64,000 nt of DNA from an uncultured Actinomycetota bacterium (GCA_963820065.1 CAWFYM010000013.1:5835-69834); one strand, 5' to 3'; counted from the first letter of the stretch, positions 38,572 through 51,519 are shown. Notes: generated by a model not told the origin, from the letters alone. Translations and numbers: made by a program.

Positions 38572-39687
38572 TCATTGTCTCCCTCCCCAGCTGCAACCGC
38601 AGCGGGGATGCTCGGAGTAGATCCGCCGGCGCGTCCGACCGCCGGGCAGCCGCAGGACGTACGACGTCCCGGGCTCCCACCCCTCCTGGCCGTCCCCTCC
38701 CTCAGTCGGCCCGTCAGCGTCGAGCCAGGCTAGGACTTGGAGGGCGGCGAGTGACGCGGCGGCCGTGGCCAGAACCACGTCGCACGCGTCGACCGCGCCC
38801 TTGGCGACTCCTGCGGCGGGACCTGGGTCGTCGCGGTCGCGGCTGAGCTGGGCCGCGACGAGTGGCCAGTCCCTGTCGCGGTCCTGCCGGTGCAGGTCCA
38901 CGCATCGAAGGCAGGGCCCCTGTCCGGGGCGGACGAGCGGGCCGACCACGGCCGTGGTCTCCACCAGCGTGATGGGCAGGTGGGCTACCCCGGCCGCGAC
39001 CAAGTCGTCCGAATCAGCCGGGTTGATCACCGGCTCGTCGGTCAGAACCACGAGATCGGGGCGACCGGCTCGATCGCGGGCCAGCGAAGGCGTCGTCCGC
39101 CGGGCCGCCTCGACCGCTGCGTCGGAGCGAGGACGACCGATCGAGTCCTGCGCCGGACCGAGCGGCGCGACGTCAGCCGGGGCGACAGCGCCGTCGTCGA
39201 TCACTGTCACCGCCCCCACGCCTGCCGCGGCCAGCAGCGTCGTCACCGCGGCTCCGACGCGACCAGCGCCGCGCACCTCGACGTGCCCGCGCCGTCGACG
39301 GGCCAGCTCGGGGAGCCCCAGCGACCGGCCCGCGCCGCTGAGCGACAGGGCCGCGAGGTCTGCGGCCAGGCGCCCCCGGTCAGCCGGGTCGAGGGCGGCG
39401 ACTCCTCGGGCATCGGAGGCACCGTCGGCCAGACAGCCCGCGGCGTCGACGAGCCCGAGCAGCTGTTCGGCCCTTGAGGTGGTGAGTCCCCGCACGCTCG
39501 CCTGGCGCAGCGCGGCTGCATGGTCGTGGCGTCCGTCAAGGTCGAGCAAGAACTGGACGTCGTGGGGATCGAGTCCGGCGAGCACGACAGGGCGTTCGGT
39601 GGCCACGCCCAGCTGCAGGCGGTTGGTGCCGCGCCACACGCGCATCAGGGAGGGGATCAGGAGCGGTCGACGTACCGGAGCGGCCAT
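38572..39687 (-). CDS. ThiF/E1-like family protein (Rossmann fold, C-terminal Cys cluster)
   Basis: 371 aa, GAGRVGAAVTTLLAAAGVG nucleotide-binding loop, C-terminal CLRC...CGC. Ends 4 nt before the ABC1 kinase start. Confidence 0.5.
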   Translation of the reverse strand: MAAPVRRPLLIPSLMRVWRGTNRLQLGVATERPVVLAGLDPHDVQFLLDLDGRHDHAAALRQASVRGLTTSRAEQLLGLVDAAGCLADGASDARGVAALDPADRGRLAADLAALSLSGAGRSLGLPELARRRRGHVEVRGAGRVGAAVTTLLAAAGVGAVTVIDDGAVAPADVAPLGPAQDSIGRPRSDAAVEAARRTTPSLARDRAGRPDLVVLTDEPVINPADSDDLVAAGVAHLPITLVETTAVVGPLVRPGQGPCLRCVDLHRQDRDRDWPLVAAQLSRDRDDPGPAAGVAKGAVDACDVVLATAAASLAALQVLAWLDADGPTEGGDGQEGWEPGTSYVLRLPGGRTRRRIYSEHPRCGCSWGGRQ

Positions 39688-39870
39688 CGGATGACTCTGG
39701 ACCTCAGCGGGTGTGGACAGAGCCAGCCGTCCCCAGGTGCCTTCTGCTACCGGCAGGGCCGATGATCCCCGTGTTCGCTGACCCCAGAGGCCCCGGACGT
39801 CGCGAAGCGGCCGCCCTGGGGGGCGACCGCTTCGCGAGCCGTGCTGGACGTGCTTGTGCGTGAGTGGGGC

Positions 39871-40028
39871 TCAGGCCTTACCGAGGATCCGGTTGACCTT
39901 CGTGCCGCAGACAGGGCAGAGGCCCTGAGCCATGCGGCGGCCAGACGCGCTCACCTTGATCTCGCCGGTGAAGTCGCGCTTCGCCTTGCACTTCACGCAG
40001 TAGGCCTCGCCGGTGTAGTCGTCGGCCA
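39871..40028 (-). CDS. small zinc-ribbon protein (DUF5679-like)
   Basis: MADDYTGEAYCVKCKAKRDF...CPVCGTKVNRILGKA with GAGGAGG RBS 6 nt upstream of ATG 40028. The longer listed ORF (to 40089) lacks an RBS. Confidence 0.5.
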
Positions 40029-40629
40029 TCGCGGTCCTCCTCATTGCCTCGGCGCACGCTCGGGTGCGTGCGCTGCGATCGGCGGTCACCTTACGTCACG
40101 CGGGGCTCGCCGCGGCGTCGGCGCACCGCAGGTGGGATGCGCCGATCCGTCGAGGGTCGCCTCAGCGTGGGTGAGACCGGGTCGGTTTCAGGGCCGATCC
40201 GAGCCTCGTCGGGGCGGGATCGGGCCCGCATCGGCGGGTTCGGTCCTGCCCCAGGACGTACAGACGGGGCTCCCGAGTCGCACGCCGTCACCGTCCGCCT
40301 TCCCCTTGCGGACGCCTTGGCGAGTTTTCTCGGGAGCCCCGATGGGCGGGGACGCTATGCGCGCCGGACCCGAATCGTCAACGGGCGACCGCCTCAGCCT
40401 GTGGACGAAGGTGTGGACGTCCTGGGGACGTCGTGGCGCGTCCCTGTGGACCAACGGTGCGGGGCCTGGGGACGGCGCCGATTCTTGCCCGATCTCCAGC
40501 GGCTGACCTGCGCGAACGCCGTCCCCCGGCTGTGGAGAAGTATTGCTCGCTGTTTCTGTCACCGTTTCGGGCCGCAGTTGGAGGCGTACGCCCCCGAAGG
40601 GTGTCGCCGCGGCGCCGTAGCATCGCGGG

Positions 40630-41139
40630 ATGCCCGAGGTGGAGGTCCGTCGCAGCGCGCGTCGCCGTCGCACGGTCAGCGCCTACCGCGACGGCGACCG
40701 GACCGTCGTCCTGCTGCCCGCCCGGATGTCGAAGGCCGAGGAAGCCGAGTGGGTCGGGGTCATGGTCCAGCGCCTCGAGCGAGCCGAGCGTCGGCGCCGA
40801 CCGACCGATGAGGCGCTCTCAGCCAGAGCCGAGTCGTTGTCCCGCACCTACCTGGGCGGCCGAGCGACACCGACCTCGGTGCGCTGGGTCGACAACCAGA
40901 AGGGCCGATGGGGTTCCTGCACCCCCGCCGACGGGACGATTCGGCTGTCCCGCCGTCTCGAGGGGATGCCGTCCTACGTCGTTGACTACGTGCTCCTTCA
41001 CGAGCTCGCCCATCTGCTCGTCCCCGGCCATGGGGCGGAGTTCTGGGCGGAGCTGTCCGCCTACCCCAAGACCGAACGAGCCAGGGGCTATCTCGACGGG
41101 TTCTCCACCGCCGGCCACCTCGAGCTCACCGACGACTGA
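40630..41139 (+). CDS. M48/WLM-like zinc metallopeptidase (DUF45/YgjP family)
   Basis: 169 aa with HELAHL (HExxH) motif. Confidence 0.7.
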   Translation: MPEVEVRRSARRRRTVSAYRDGDRTVVLLPARMSKAEEAEWVGVMVQRLERAERRRRPTDEALSARAESLSRTYLGGRATPTSVRWVDNQKGRWGSCTPADGTIRLSRRLEGMPSYVVDYVLLHELAHLLVPGHGAEFWAELSAYPKTERARGYLDGFSTAGHLELTDD

Positions 41140-41183
41140 CCTTCCGCACCGGGGCCGGTTTCGGAGTCATCGTTGGCTGGCAG

Positions 41184-41768
41184 TCACTTCGTCGGATGCA
41201 CGGTTGGGTCGGCGGCGAGGCGGTCCCGTGCCGCGGCGATCAGATCGACGACTGAGCGATCCGCGGGCACGTCGTCGGCCGGAAACCAGCGCACGTCCAA
41301 CGACTCGCTGCTCACCTGGGGCGTCGCGGCGGCGTCGGCGAGTGCGAGGTACTGCACATCGAGGTGTCTGCGCGCCTCAGGGTTTCGACAGTTCACCTGG
41401 TGGGCGTCAAGCAGCAGCGGGCCTCCGGCGACGAGCGTGAGGTCGTCGATGCCGCTCTCCTCGTGACCTTCCCGCAGCGCAGCACCGACCAGCGTCGTGT
41501 CCTCGGGCTCAGCGTGCCCACCGAACTGCAGCCACCGGCCGCTGCGCGCGTGAAGAGTCAGCAGCGCCCGATCCTCGTCCGAAGCGAGGCCCGGTCCCGG
41601 AGACACGACGAGCAGGCTGGCTGTGATGTGGTCCGGTGCGCAGCTTCGTGACAGCCCGTCAGGATGCGTCGCAAGGTGGGTCAGGAACTCCTGCCGCAGC
41701 CGCTCCTGGGCCTCGTCGGGGGCGACCCAGGTCTCGAGCGTGCGTACGGCGTCGGCGAGCAGGCTCAT
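41184..41768 (-). CDS. NUDIX hydrolase
   Basis: Nudix box GGHAEPEDTTLVGAALREGHEESG. Confidence 0.8.
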   Translation of the reverse strand: MSLLADAVRTLETWVAPDEAQERLRQEFLTHLATHPDGLSRSCAPDHITASLLVVSPGPGLASDEDRALLTLHARSGRWLQFGGHAEPEDTTLVGAALREGHEESGIDDLTLVAGGPLLLDAHQVNCRNPEARRHLDVQYLALADAAATPQVSSESLDVRWFPADDVPADRSVVDLIAAARDRLAADPTVHPTK

Positions 41769-43183
41769 CCCTCGGGGGCGTCCGGGTCTTTGCCGCTGGA
41801 GTCCTCGTCGCCGGAATTCGCGTCGCTGGACTCCTCGGCGCTGGGATCGGAGGGAGTCGGATCAGCGCTTGTGGGCTCCGGGTTCGCCGGCAGATCGTCC
41901 AGCGAGGACAGGTCGAACGCATCCCCCGAGCTGCCAGCCACGAATGCAGCTGGGTCGTCCAGGTCTTCGCCTCCAGGGAGGAGATCAGGGTGCTCCCAGA
42001 GTGCGTCGCGTCCTTGCGTGCCCCGAGCCTCGGCCAGCGCCTCCCACAGCGCAGCCGCTTCGCGCAGCCGACGTGGCCTCAGCTCGAGGCCAACGAGGGT
42101 GGCGAAGGTCTGTTCGGCCGGTCCACCCGTGGCCCGGCGGCGGCGGACCGTCTCCCGCATCGCCCCCGACGACGGCAGAGCCGAGGAGGCGCCGGTGACC
42201 ACGACGTCGACCCACCCCTCGACCAGAGCGAGGAGGGTTTCGAGGCGCTCCAGGGCCTGGCGCTGGGCGGGTGTGTCCTCCGGGGCGAGCAGCCCCTGCT
42301 CGAGGGCGCCCTGCACCTCCGACAGGTCGTTGGGGTCGATCCCGCGCACCATCTCCTCGAGCCGCCCCGTGTCGACGGTGATCCCTGCCGCGTAATCCGA
42401 GACCGCGGCACGGAGCGCGCCGTCGAGCCAGGGCACGTGAGCGAACAGCCGGTGGTGGGCGGCCTCGCGCAGAGCCAGGTAGAGCCGGACCTCATCGTCG
42501 GGGAGGCCGAGGCCGGCCCCGAACTCGCGGATGTTCGCCGGCACCAGCACGGCAACCGAGCGGGGTCCGAGCGGCAACCCGACGTCGGAGCCGGTCACGA
42601 CTTCAGTGGCCAGCTGTCCGACGCCCTGCCCGACCTGACCACCAAACATCGCCCCGGTCAGCTGCTGGGCCATCCCCACCATGGGGCCGGCCATCTCTCG
42701 CATCTGCTCGGGGATCGCCGTCGCGGAGGTCTCCACGACCTTCTGCGCTACCGGTTCGACGAGCCGCTGCCACGCCGGCAGGGTTCCCTCGACCCACTCC
42801 GCCCGGCTCCAGGCCTGGGCGGAGGTCGCGCCGGCCGGCAGTTCCGTCGCTCCGTCGAGCCAGACCTCGGCCAGGTGTACGGCCTCTTCGACGGCCCGAC
42901 GATCGGACGCGGACACGGAGGGGTCGCCAGAGGCCGCGGCGACCTGTCGGGCTGTGTCGCGGGCGAGGTCCCAGTTGACCGGGCCGCCCTCGTACGACAG
43001 CAGCTTTCCAAGGCTTTGGAGGGCGGCGCCGATGTCGGCCGGTCCGCCTCCGCCACCGAACAGGGCAGCGAGGGGGTTGTCCTGGCCGAACGGCATGCCG
43101 GCCGGCGAGCCAGACCCGCTCTCGGTGCCGTCGTCGGGGTCGTCGCTACCTGGGGTGAAGCCGAAAGGATCGTTGGTCACCAT
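41765..43183 (-). CDS. zinc-dependent metalloprotease family protein (DUF2342-like)
   Basis: Start taken at MVTNDPFGF (ATG 43183) within listed ORF 41765..43297. HHRLFAHVPW motif, acidic disordered C-terminus. Confidence 0.55.
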   Translation of the reverse strand: MVTNDPFGFTPGSDDPDDGTESGSGSPAGMPFGQDNPLAALFGGGGGPADIGAALQSLGKLLSYEGGPVNWDLARDTARQVAAASGDPSVSASDRRAVEEAVHLAEVWLDGATELPAGATSAQAWSRAEWVEGTLPAWQRLVEPVAQKVVETSATAIPEQMREMAGPMVGMAQQLTGAMFGGQVGQGVGQLATEVVTGSDVGLPLGPRSVAVLVPANIREFGAGLGLPDDEVRLYLALREAAHHRLFAHVPWLDGALRAAVSDYAAGITVDTGRLEEMVRGIDPNDLSEVQGALEQGLLAPEDTPAQRQALERLETLLALVEGWVDVVVTGASSALPSSGAMRETVRRRRATGGPAEQTFATLVGLELRPRRLREAAALWEALAEARGTQGRDALWEHPDLLPGGEDLDDPAAFVAGSSGDAFDLSSLDDLPANPEPTSADPTPSDPSAEESSDANSGDEDSSGKDPDAPEG

Positions 43184-43352
43184 GCACCTCGTGTCACTGG
43201 GCGATCTCGTGGGCGGACGCGCGCTCCTGGTCGGAGCGGTCAGGGCGAACCGACCCGACTCCACGGTAACGAGCGGGGCGCCTGGCTGACTCCCCATGGG
43301 TCCTCAGGTTCGCTGACGGCGCAGCGTCGCGGCGCGCCAATCTCGGCCTAGG

Positions 43353-43847
43353 GTGTCAGCCGTGAGCGACCAGGGGAACGGGCCCGAGGCCGGTGAGGCG
43401 GTGCCGCCCGAAGACGTCGAGGCTGCCGCCCGGGTCCGAATCGTGAGTCTGCGCTCCACACCGCTGTCCGTCGACGAGCTGCGGCTCGCTGTGGCTGACC
43501 CGACGGCCGGCGGCCATGCCTTGTTCGTCGGCACCGTCCGCGATCACGATGAAGGCCAGCACGTCGTCGGGTTGTCCTACTCCGCGCACCCCTCGGCATC
43601 CCGGGCGCTGTGGAAGGTGGCCGTACGCGTGGCGCGCGCCGAAGGCGTCGTGGCCGTGGCTGCTGAGCACCGCCTCGGTGACCTCGAGGTCGGCGATCTG
43701 GCCGTCGTGGTCGCGGTCTCGGCGGCCCACCGGGCGGAGGCATTCGCGGCCTGCCGCACACTGATCGACGAGCTGAAGCACGAGGTGCCGATCTGGAAGC
43801 ACCAGCGATTCGCGAGCGGGGAGGCCGAGTGGGTCGGCGCGCCATGA
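43353..43847 (+). CDS. moaE: molybdopterin synthase catalytic subunit MoaE
   Basis: 164 aa; GAxxxFxGxVRD, VAVSAAHRAEAF and VPIWKHQRF motifs characteristic of MoaE. Confidence 0.7.
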   Translation: MSAVSDQGNGPEAGEAVPPEDVEAAARVRIVSLRSTPLSVDELRLAVADPTAGGHALFVGTVRDHDEGQHVVGLSYSAHPSASRALWKVAVRVARAEGVVAVAAEHRLGDLEVGDLAVVVAVSAAHRAEAFAACRTLIDELKHEVPIWKHQRFASGEAEWVGAP

Positions 43848-43869
43848 CGCGGCGACCTACCCTGGTCCC

Positions 43870-44133
43870 GTGACCGTCCTGTACTGGCTTGTCGTGCCGC
43901 TGGTGGCGACGGCACTGGCGGCTGTGTGGGTCGCGTTCACCCATCGCACGCGCCCACGGGCCGATGCCCAGGACTCGATGGCTGAGCACCAGCGTTTCCG
44001 GCAGGCCATGGAACGCCAGTCTCCTCAGGGTGGCGCCGGGCCCGTTGACGCCCAGGGCGTCGCCGAACCGATTGAGGGGTCCGCAGATCGCGAGGACCGC
44101 GGCCGCGTCGGCGACACCGACCTGTCGGCCTGA
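43870..44133 (+). CDS. hypothetical small membrane protein
   Basis: 87 aa, GTG start, single N-terminal hydrophobic helix. Weak support. Confidence 0.3.
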   Translation: MTVLYWLVVPLVATALAAVWVAFTHRTRPRADAQDSMAEHQRFRQAMERQSPQGGAGPVDAQGVAEPIEGSADREDRGRVGDTDLSA

Positions 44134-45182
44134 TGTCGCCGCGCCTGCTGCGCCAGCTGTTGGCGGGCGCGTTCCTCGTCGTGCTCGTCGTCGTTGGCGT
44201 CATGCTCCCCGTCCCGTACGTGGCCCTGTCCCCGGGTCCCGTCTATGACACGTTGGGAGAAGTCAACGGTGAGCAGCTGATCACGATCGAGGGCGCCGAG
44301 ACCTATCCCACGGCCGGGCAGCTCGACCTGACGACCGTCTCGGAGAACGGTGGCCCGGCGCGGCCGATCTCCCTCATCCAGGCCCTGGCGGGATGGGTCC
44401 GCCCCTCGGTCGCTGTGGTTCCCGAGGCGCTCCTCTACCCGCCCGACGTACCTCAGGACCAGATCGACCAGCAGAACACCGAGGACATGCTGCAGAGCCA
44501 GGACGCAGCCACCGTGGCCGCCCTGCGCCAGGCCGGCATCCCCATGACATCGACTGTGGTCGTGTCGTCGGTCGATCCGGAGGGTCCTTCCGAGGGGTTG
44601 CTCGAGGTGGACGACGTCATCCTCGCGGTCAACGGGAAGCCGGTCGCTGACCCCGACGAGCTGCGTGCGGCCATCGGTCGGGTCAAGCCAGGCGATGACG
44701 TACGGCTGCGGGTGGAGCGGTCCGACGCCCGACAGCGCGTCGTCGTGACCACTGCCGCTGCACCTGACGATGCCAGCCGCCCGGTGATCGGGATCATCCC
44801 GCGGGAGGGCTACTCCTCCGAGGTGACCGTCCAGATCCAGCTCGACAATGTCGGCGGCCCGAGCGCTGGCCTGATGTTCGCCCTCGGCATCTACGACCAG
44901 CTCACTCCTGGCGCGTTGACCGGTGGGTTGCACATCGCCGGGACGGGCACCATGGACGTCGACGGAATGGTCGGGCCCATCGGGGGGATCCAGCAGAAGA
45001 TGCGGGGCGCTCGCGGCGAGGGCGCGACGCTGTTCTTGGTTCCTGCCGACAACTGCGAGGAAGCTGTTCCGGCGGCTCCTCCCGGCCTCCGTTTGATCAA
45101 GGTGGACAGCCTGGCTAGCGCGACTGGTTCGCTGGAAGCTTTGGACGCCGACGGCGTCAGCGCGCAGCTGCCGACCTGCTGA
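44133..45182 (+). CDS. PDZ domain + Lon-like (S16) protease domain membrane-anchored protein (YlbL/SepM-like)
   Basis: N-terminal TM helix, PDZ (VDDVILAVNGKPV), C-terminal Lon-like GGPSAGLMFALG motif. Confidence 0.75.
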   Translation: MSPRLLRQLLAGAFLVVLVVVGVMLPVPYVALSPGPVYDTLGEVNGEQLITIEGAETYPTAGQLDLTTVSENGGPARPISLIQALAGWVRPSVAVVPEALLYPPDVPQDQIDQQNTEDMLQSQDAATVAALRQAGIPMTSTVVVSSVDPEGPSEGLLEVDDVILAVNGKPVADPDELRAAIGRVKPGDDVRLRVERSDARQRVVVTTAAAPDDASRPVIGIIPREGYSSEVTVQIQLDNVGGPSAGLMFALGIYDQLTPGALTGGLHIAGTGTMDVDGMVGPIGGIQQKMRGARGEGATLFLVPADNCEEAVPAAPPGLRLIKVDSLASATGSLEALDADGVSAQLPTC

Positions 45183-45200
45183 CGACGAGAGGCCGTCCGG

Positions 45201-45731
45201 TCAGTCGGCGAAGGTGGCGCTGAGGGCCTCTGCCAGCCCCGGTGCGAGGTTGTCTCCGGACAGGACGGACTGCTCGTTGTCGTGGCTGCGGAAGCGGATG
45301 GTGCACGCCTGCCCACCCGCGCGGAGCACGGCGACCCCCAGACGCATGTCCTGCCGCTGCGGATGCGCGGCCACCGCCCGCAGGATCTCCGCCTGGTCAG
45401 CCGGCAGGTCCCCTTCCACGTCTGCCGGCAGCATCACGCGCTCGACCACCAGCGCCGCGCCGGCCACGGCCTCGGGCCACGCGAGCTGGTGCAGCAGCTC
45501 CTCCAAGGTCTCGGCTCGGGGCAGCTCGTCCTGCTCGATCGATGTCCAGGGAGCGGCGGTGTCGGGCCCCAGGGTCTCGGCGAGCGTGGGCTCGTGGGCG
45601 AGCAGCTCGGCGGTTTCGACGAGGGCGAACAGTCGCCACGGCTGGTCCCAGCCGGCGGCCGAGGCGTGCCGCTCGAGGTCGAGCAGGACGGCCGTGAGCG
45701 GGTCGGGGGCGGGGGGAAGAGAGGTCGTCAC
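45201..45731 (-). CDS. hypothetical protein
   Basis: 176 aa with protein-like composition, divergent from the UPF0182 gene. No motif recognised. Confidence 0.4.
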   Translation of the reverse strand: MTTSLPPAPDPLTAVLLDLERHASAAGWDQPWRLFALVETAELLAHEPTLAETLGPDTAAPWTSIEQDELPRAETLEELLHQLAWPEAVAGAALVVERVMLPADVEGDLPADQAEILRAVAAHPQRQDMRLGVAVLRAGGQACTIRFRSHDNEQSVLSGDNLAPGLAEALSATFAD

Positions 45732-45860
45732 CCGATCATCCTGCCGGATCGCCGGTCACGGTGGTCGGGCGTCACGGAGCGGTATCGATCCGGCCGCACG
45801 GCTTGCCTCGATGCCGCGAATGCCGGAGAGGCCAGGTACTTTGTCGAAGTGTCGTACGAG

Positions 45861-48839
<2,979 letters not shown>

Positions 48840-48912
48840 CTCCGCTGGGCGTACCACCATGCCGCCCGCGTTTGTCCCGAAGGTGAGTGGTCGTCTACAG
48901 TGGGGGAACCGA

Positions 48913-48989
48913 CGCGGGGTGGAGCAGCTCGGTAGCTCGCTGGGCTCATAACCCAGAGGTCGCAGGTTCAAATCCTGCCCCCGCTACCA
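48913..48989 (+). tRNA. initiator tRNA-fMet (anticodon CAT), CCA encoded
   Basis: CGCGGGGTGGAGCAGCTCGGTAGCTCGCTGGGCTCATAACCCAGAGGTCGCAGGTTCAAATCCTGCCCCCGCTACCA. Near-identical to E. coli tRNA-fMet as recalled, including the 1:72 mismatch and three G:C pairs in the anticodon stem. Confidence 0.85.
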
Positions 48990-49003
48990 ACGTTTATGCA
49001 GGT

Positions 49004-49032
49004 CAGGGCCATGATCATCGATCATGGCCCTG
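49004..49032 (+). terminator. 13-bp perfect hairpin immediately 3' of the tRNA (CAGGGCCATGATC atc GATCATGGCCCTG)
   Basis: Perfect inverted repeat read directly. No T-tract follows, so function as a terminator is tentative. Confidence 0.35.
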
Positions 49033-49284
49033 ATTGCGTGTAGGCAGAATGTCAGCAAAGCCTGTCGGCGGATGTGGCCGGACAGCGGTGGATCCGGGTG
49101 GTTGGGTCCCGTTGTTGAGAGAGTCAGCGCCCCAGCCGCTCACCTCGCGGTCGTGGCGGCACATCGATCCCGAACTCGACTGGAGCTTGCGCCTGGCGTG
49201 GGCCGACAGCGGCTAAGCATGGATTACGTCCCGGGAGGGCATGAGTAATCGGAGCCGCTCCCGGCGGCTGGGGCCTCGCGGAGC

Positions 49285-49949
49285 CTAGGCAGGCGGTAGC
49301 CGGGCGGCCAGGTGCGCGTGAATGCGCTGGCGAGCCGCTCCGTCCAAAGGCCCTGAGGTCCGTAGCGCGGCCGCGGTGTCCTTGGGCCCGAGCAACGGGA
49401 CGTTGGCGATACGCAGCGTGGTCATCAACGGGAGGTACGCGCCAAGGAAGCACATCACCGGCTTTACGGGCAGGTGCTCTGCACCGGGTAGCGCGTCCAG
49501 CGCGTGTCTCACCGCGGTGACCTGCCTTGAGACGGACTGCAGGAGGTGAGTGCGGTCCCGCCCGCCGATGAACAGTTGCTCACGGGTCTCGGAGAACCAG
49601 CCGCCTGACCGGCGCACCTCGACCTTTCTTCTCGTCATAGTGCTTCGCGTCGATCACGTAGACCCCGGAGGGTGCGATAGCGATGTGATCGATGTCGCCG
49701 CGGCTCGAGCCGCCAAGTCGACGGTTGTGGAGGAAGAGGGCGGTTTCTCCGGCACGATTCTCCAAGGAAGCGGCGATCTCCCTCTACGATGGTGTCTGTG
49801 GCGAACGCCCGGGTGGATGCGGGTTCATCGGTGACGGCCAGGATGAGGCCACCGATGCGCGGGTGCTTAGCCCGTACCCGGCCCTCCCGAGCTGTCATAC
49901 GCTTCTCGTGCTCTCGCCGTAGCGACGCGCCCGGCGCACCCGGCTCCAC
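49285..49949 (-). pseudogene. NERD-domain nuclease gene split over three reading frames (two frameshifts)
   Basis: NERD signature GDIDHIAIAPSGVYVIDAKHY lies in ORF 49580..49765. Flanking pieces 49635..49949 and 49285..49638 are in the other two frames. Confidence 0.5.
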
Positions 49950-50162
49950 CGGGGTGCTCCGGGAGGTGGCGAGGAATCGCTGTCGGGACAGATGACTGAC
50001 TTCGTCGCCGTGTCCCAGCCGGCCTGAGCTCCTGCTGGCACCTCAACGCCACAGGCGCATGCGCCCGCGTAGCGGAGCCGCATCACCTTGACCCGGTCAC
50101 CCGATGCATCGCCCACCGTCCGGTCGACGGTGCCCGGAGCCCAGGACTTCAGCGCCGACAGG

Positions 50163-50418
50163 CTAGGCCGCCGGGTCTGGGTGCTGAGGTCTTTGGCGGT
50201 TGATGTAGTCGGTGAGGGCATCAGCCGGGATGCGTCGTAGCCGGCCGACGTGGATCGACTTGGATCTCGCCGACCGCGATCAGTTCGTAGAGCAGGCTAC
50301 GGCTGATCTCGAGGCGGCGGGCTGCCTCCACGACCGTGAGGAGCAGGCGATCGTCGGCTTGAACGGTCAGGTTCACAACGGGTGACGTGAAGTCGCCCGG
50401 CTGGCGACGATTGGTCAT
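50163..50418 (-). pseudogene. xis: excisionase-family (MerR-like HTH) DNA-binding protein with +1 frameshift
   Basis: MTNRRQPGDFTSPVVNLTVQADDRLLLTVVEAARRLEISRSLLYELIAVGEIQ then a one-nucleotide slip (extra A in ATCCAAGTCG). The canonical continuation SIHVGRLRRIPADALTDYINRQRPQHPDPAA* follows in the next frame. Confidence 0.6.
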
Positions 50419-50640
50419 CGTCGCGGTGATCAACTGCAGGGCGGGTGCGTTCGCGGGTGCTCGTCCCATTGCGGCTCTCCTCTGTCGGGGGTGCCACCGT
50501 GCCGGGGCCCGGTTGCAGCGGGGCTGGCGCGAGCGGCCGTGTGCTATACAGGTTCTGCGGCAGTAGCAATGGGCAGGCATCCCCCGGTTGTCATGGGGCT
50601 GGCGCGAGGCTGTCGCGACGGCCTGCCTCGACGCAGGTGA

Positions 50641-51519
50641 GTGGTGAATCCGCAGGTCGGAGGGCTCATGCGTTGGCGCCAGCCCCGTGACAACCCCCTC
50701 CGCGGAGCGTTCCCGGTGTCCGTCACCCCACCGGGAGGTTCTCCATGTTCACGACCGACCCCAGCACCCAAGTCCGTTCATCAGTTGGCACGCATGACGA
50801 CTGTGGTTCAGCTGTCTCCCGAGACCGCGAGGGTCTGCTCACGCTCCTGGAAGACATCGATCGAGCCGGCTGGAACTCCCGTCCCGCGGCGACGCTGCTC
50901 GAGTACATCCGTGCCACGGCGCCGCCCAAACGTTGCCGCCACGGGGCTTTCAGGCCCGGCCGCCGACCAGGCTGAAGCGACCGCATGGGAGGCAACCTGG
51001 GAGGCGATGACCCTGCCGTCCCTGAGGTCAGCGCGCTCGCCATGGGGGGTGCTCTGGGCGACCGCGCGACGCGCGGCTAATGGGCGAGCCGGGGCGGGGA
51101 TGTACTGCACGGACGTCCGAGCTGCCTGGCGGGCGGCCCGACCCGACGCCGCGGACAACGTCGCCAGCGATCAGGCAGCGGATACGCGAGGCGCCTTCCG
51201 TCACGACCCTCCGGTGAGTCTCACCGACCTTGAGGGGCGGGGAATGGGATTGCCTGCGTCCCCGACGTCGACCGGGACTGAGTCGAGCGACCTTCTGCCC
51301 ATCGTCGTGCGTGCTTTGGTCGAGGCGGGCTGGATGGAACGTCCGGCCGCGGAGATCGTCGATGCCGTCTCTGGTGGCTCCGCTGACGACAGCCGCACCC
51401 GTTCGGGAGCTCGCGGCGGCCTACAACTAGCGGAGGTCCTCGATGTCCCTCCGTGGCATGTTCGCGGGTCGACGGTCGTGATGCTCGGCCTTCAGGACTG
51501 CGGACTCTCGAGGCGCTGA
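50641..51519 (+). CDS. hypothetical ORF (unassignable, possibly degraded)
   Basis: 292-aa ORF with poor protein-like composition and no motif recognised in any frame of 50.6-51.8 kb. Confidence 0.15.
   Translation: MVNPQVGGLMRWRQPRDNPLRGAFPVSVTPPGGSPCSRPTPAPKSVHQLARMTTVVQLSPETARVCSRSWKTSIEPAGTPVPRRRCSSTSVPRRRPNVAATGLSGPAADQAEATAWEATWEAMTLPSLRSARSPWGVLWATARRAANGRAGAGMYCTDVRAAWRAARPDAADNVASDQAADTRGAFRHDPPVSLTDLEGRGMGLPASPTSTGTESSDLLPIVVRALVEAGWMERPAAEIVDAVSGGSADDSRTRSGARGGLQLAEVLDVPPWHVRGSTVVMLGLQDCGLSRR

Noticed and set aside
45282-45860. N-terminal 193-aa extension of the UPF0182 ORF
   Set aside because: It overlaps the convergent or divergent gene 45201..45731 on the other strand, and the composition is RGD-rich. 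The family's conserved membrane N-terminus starts at ATG 45861.
48840-48912. Possible promoter or other signal between the UPF0182 stop and the tRNA
   Set aside because: No convincing -35/-10 could be read by eye. Not called.
49895-50221. 108-aa ORF with CACG...C cysteine pattern near the xis-like gene
   Set aside because: It is simply the alternate frame of the frameshifted excisionase C-terminus and downstream spacer, not an independent zinc-ribbon protein.
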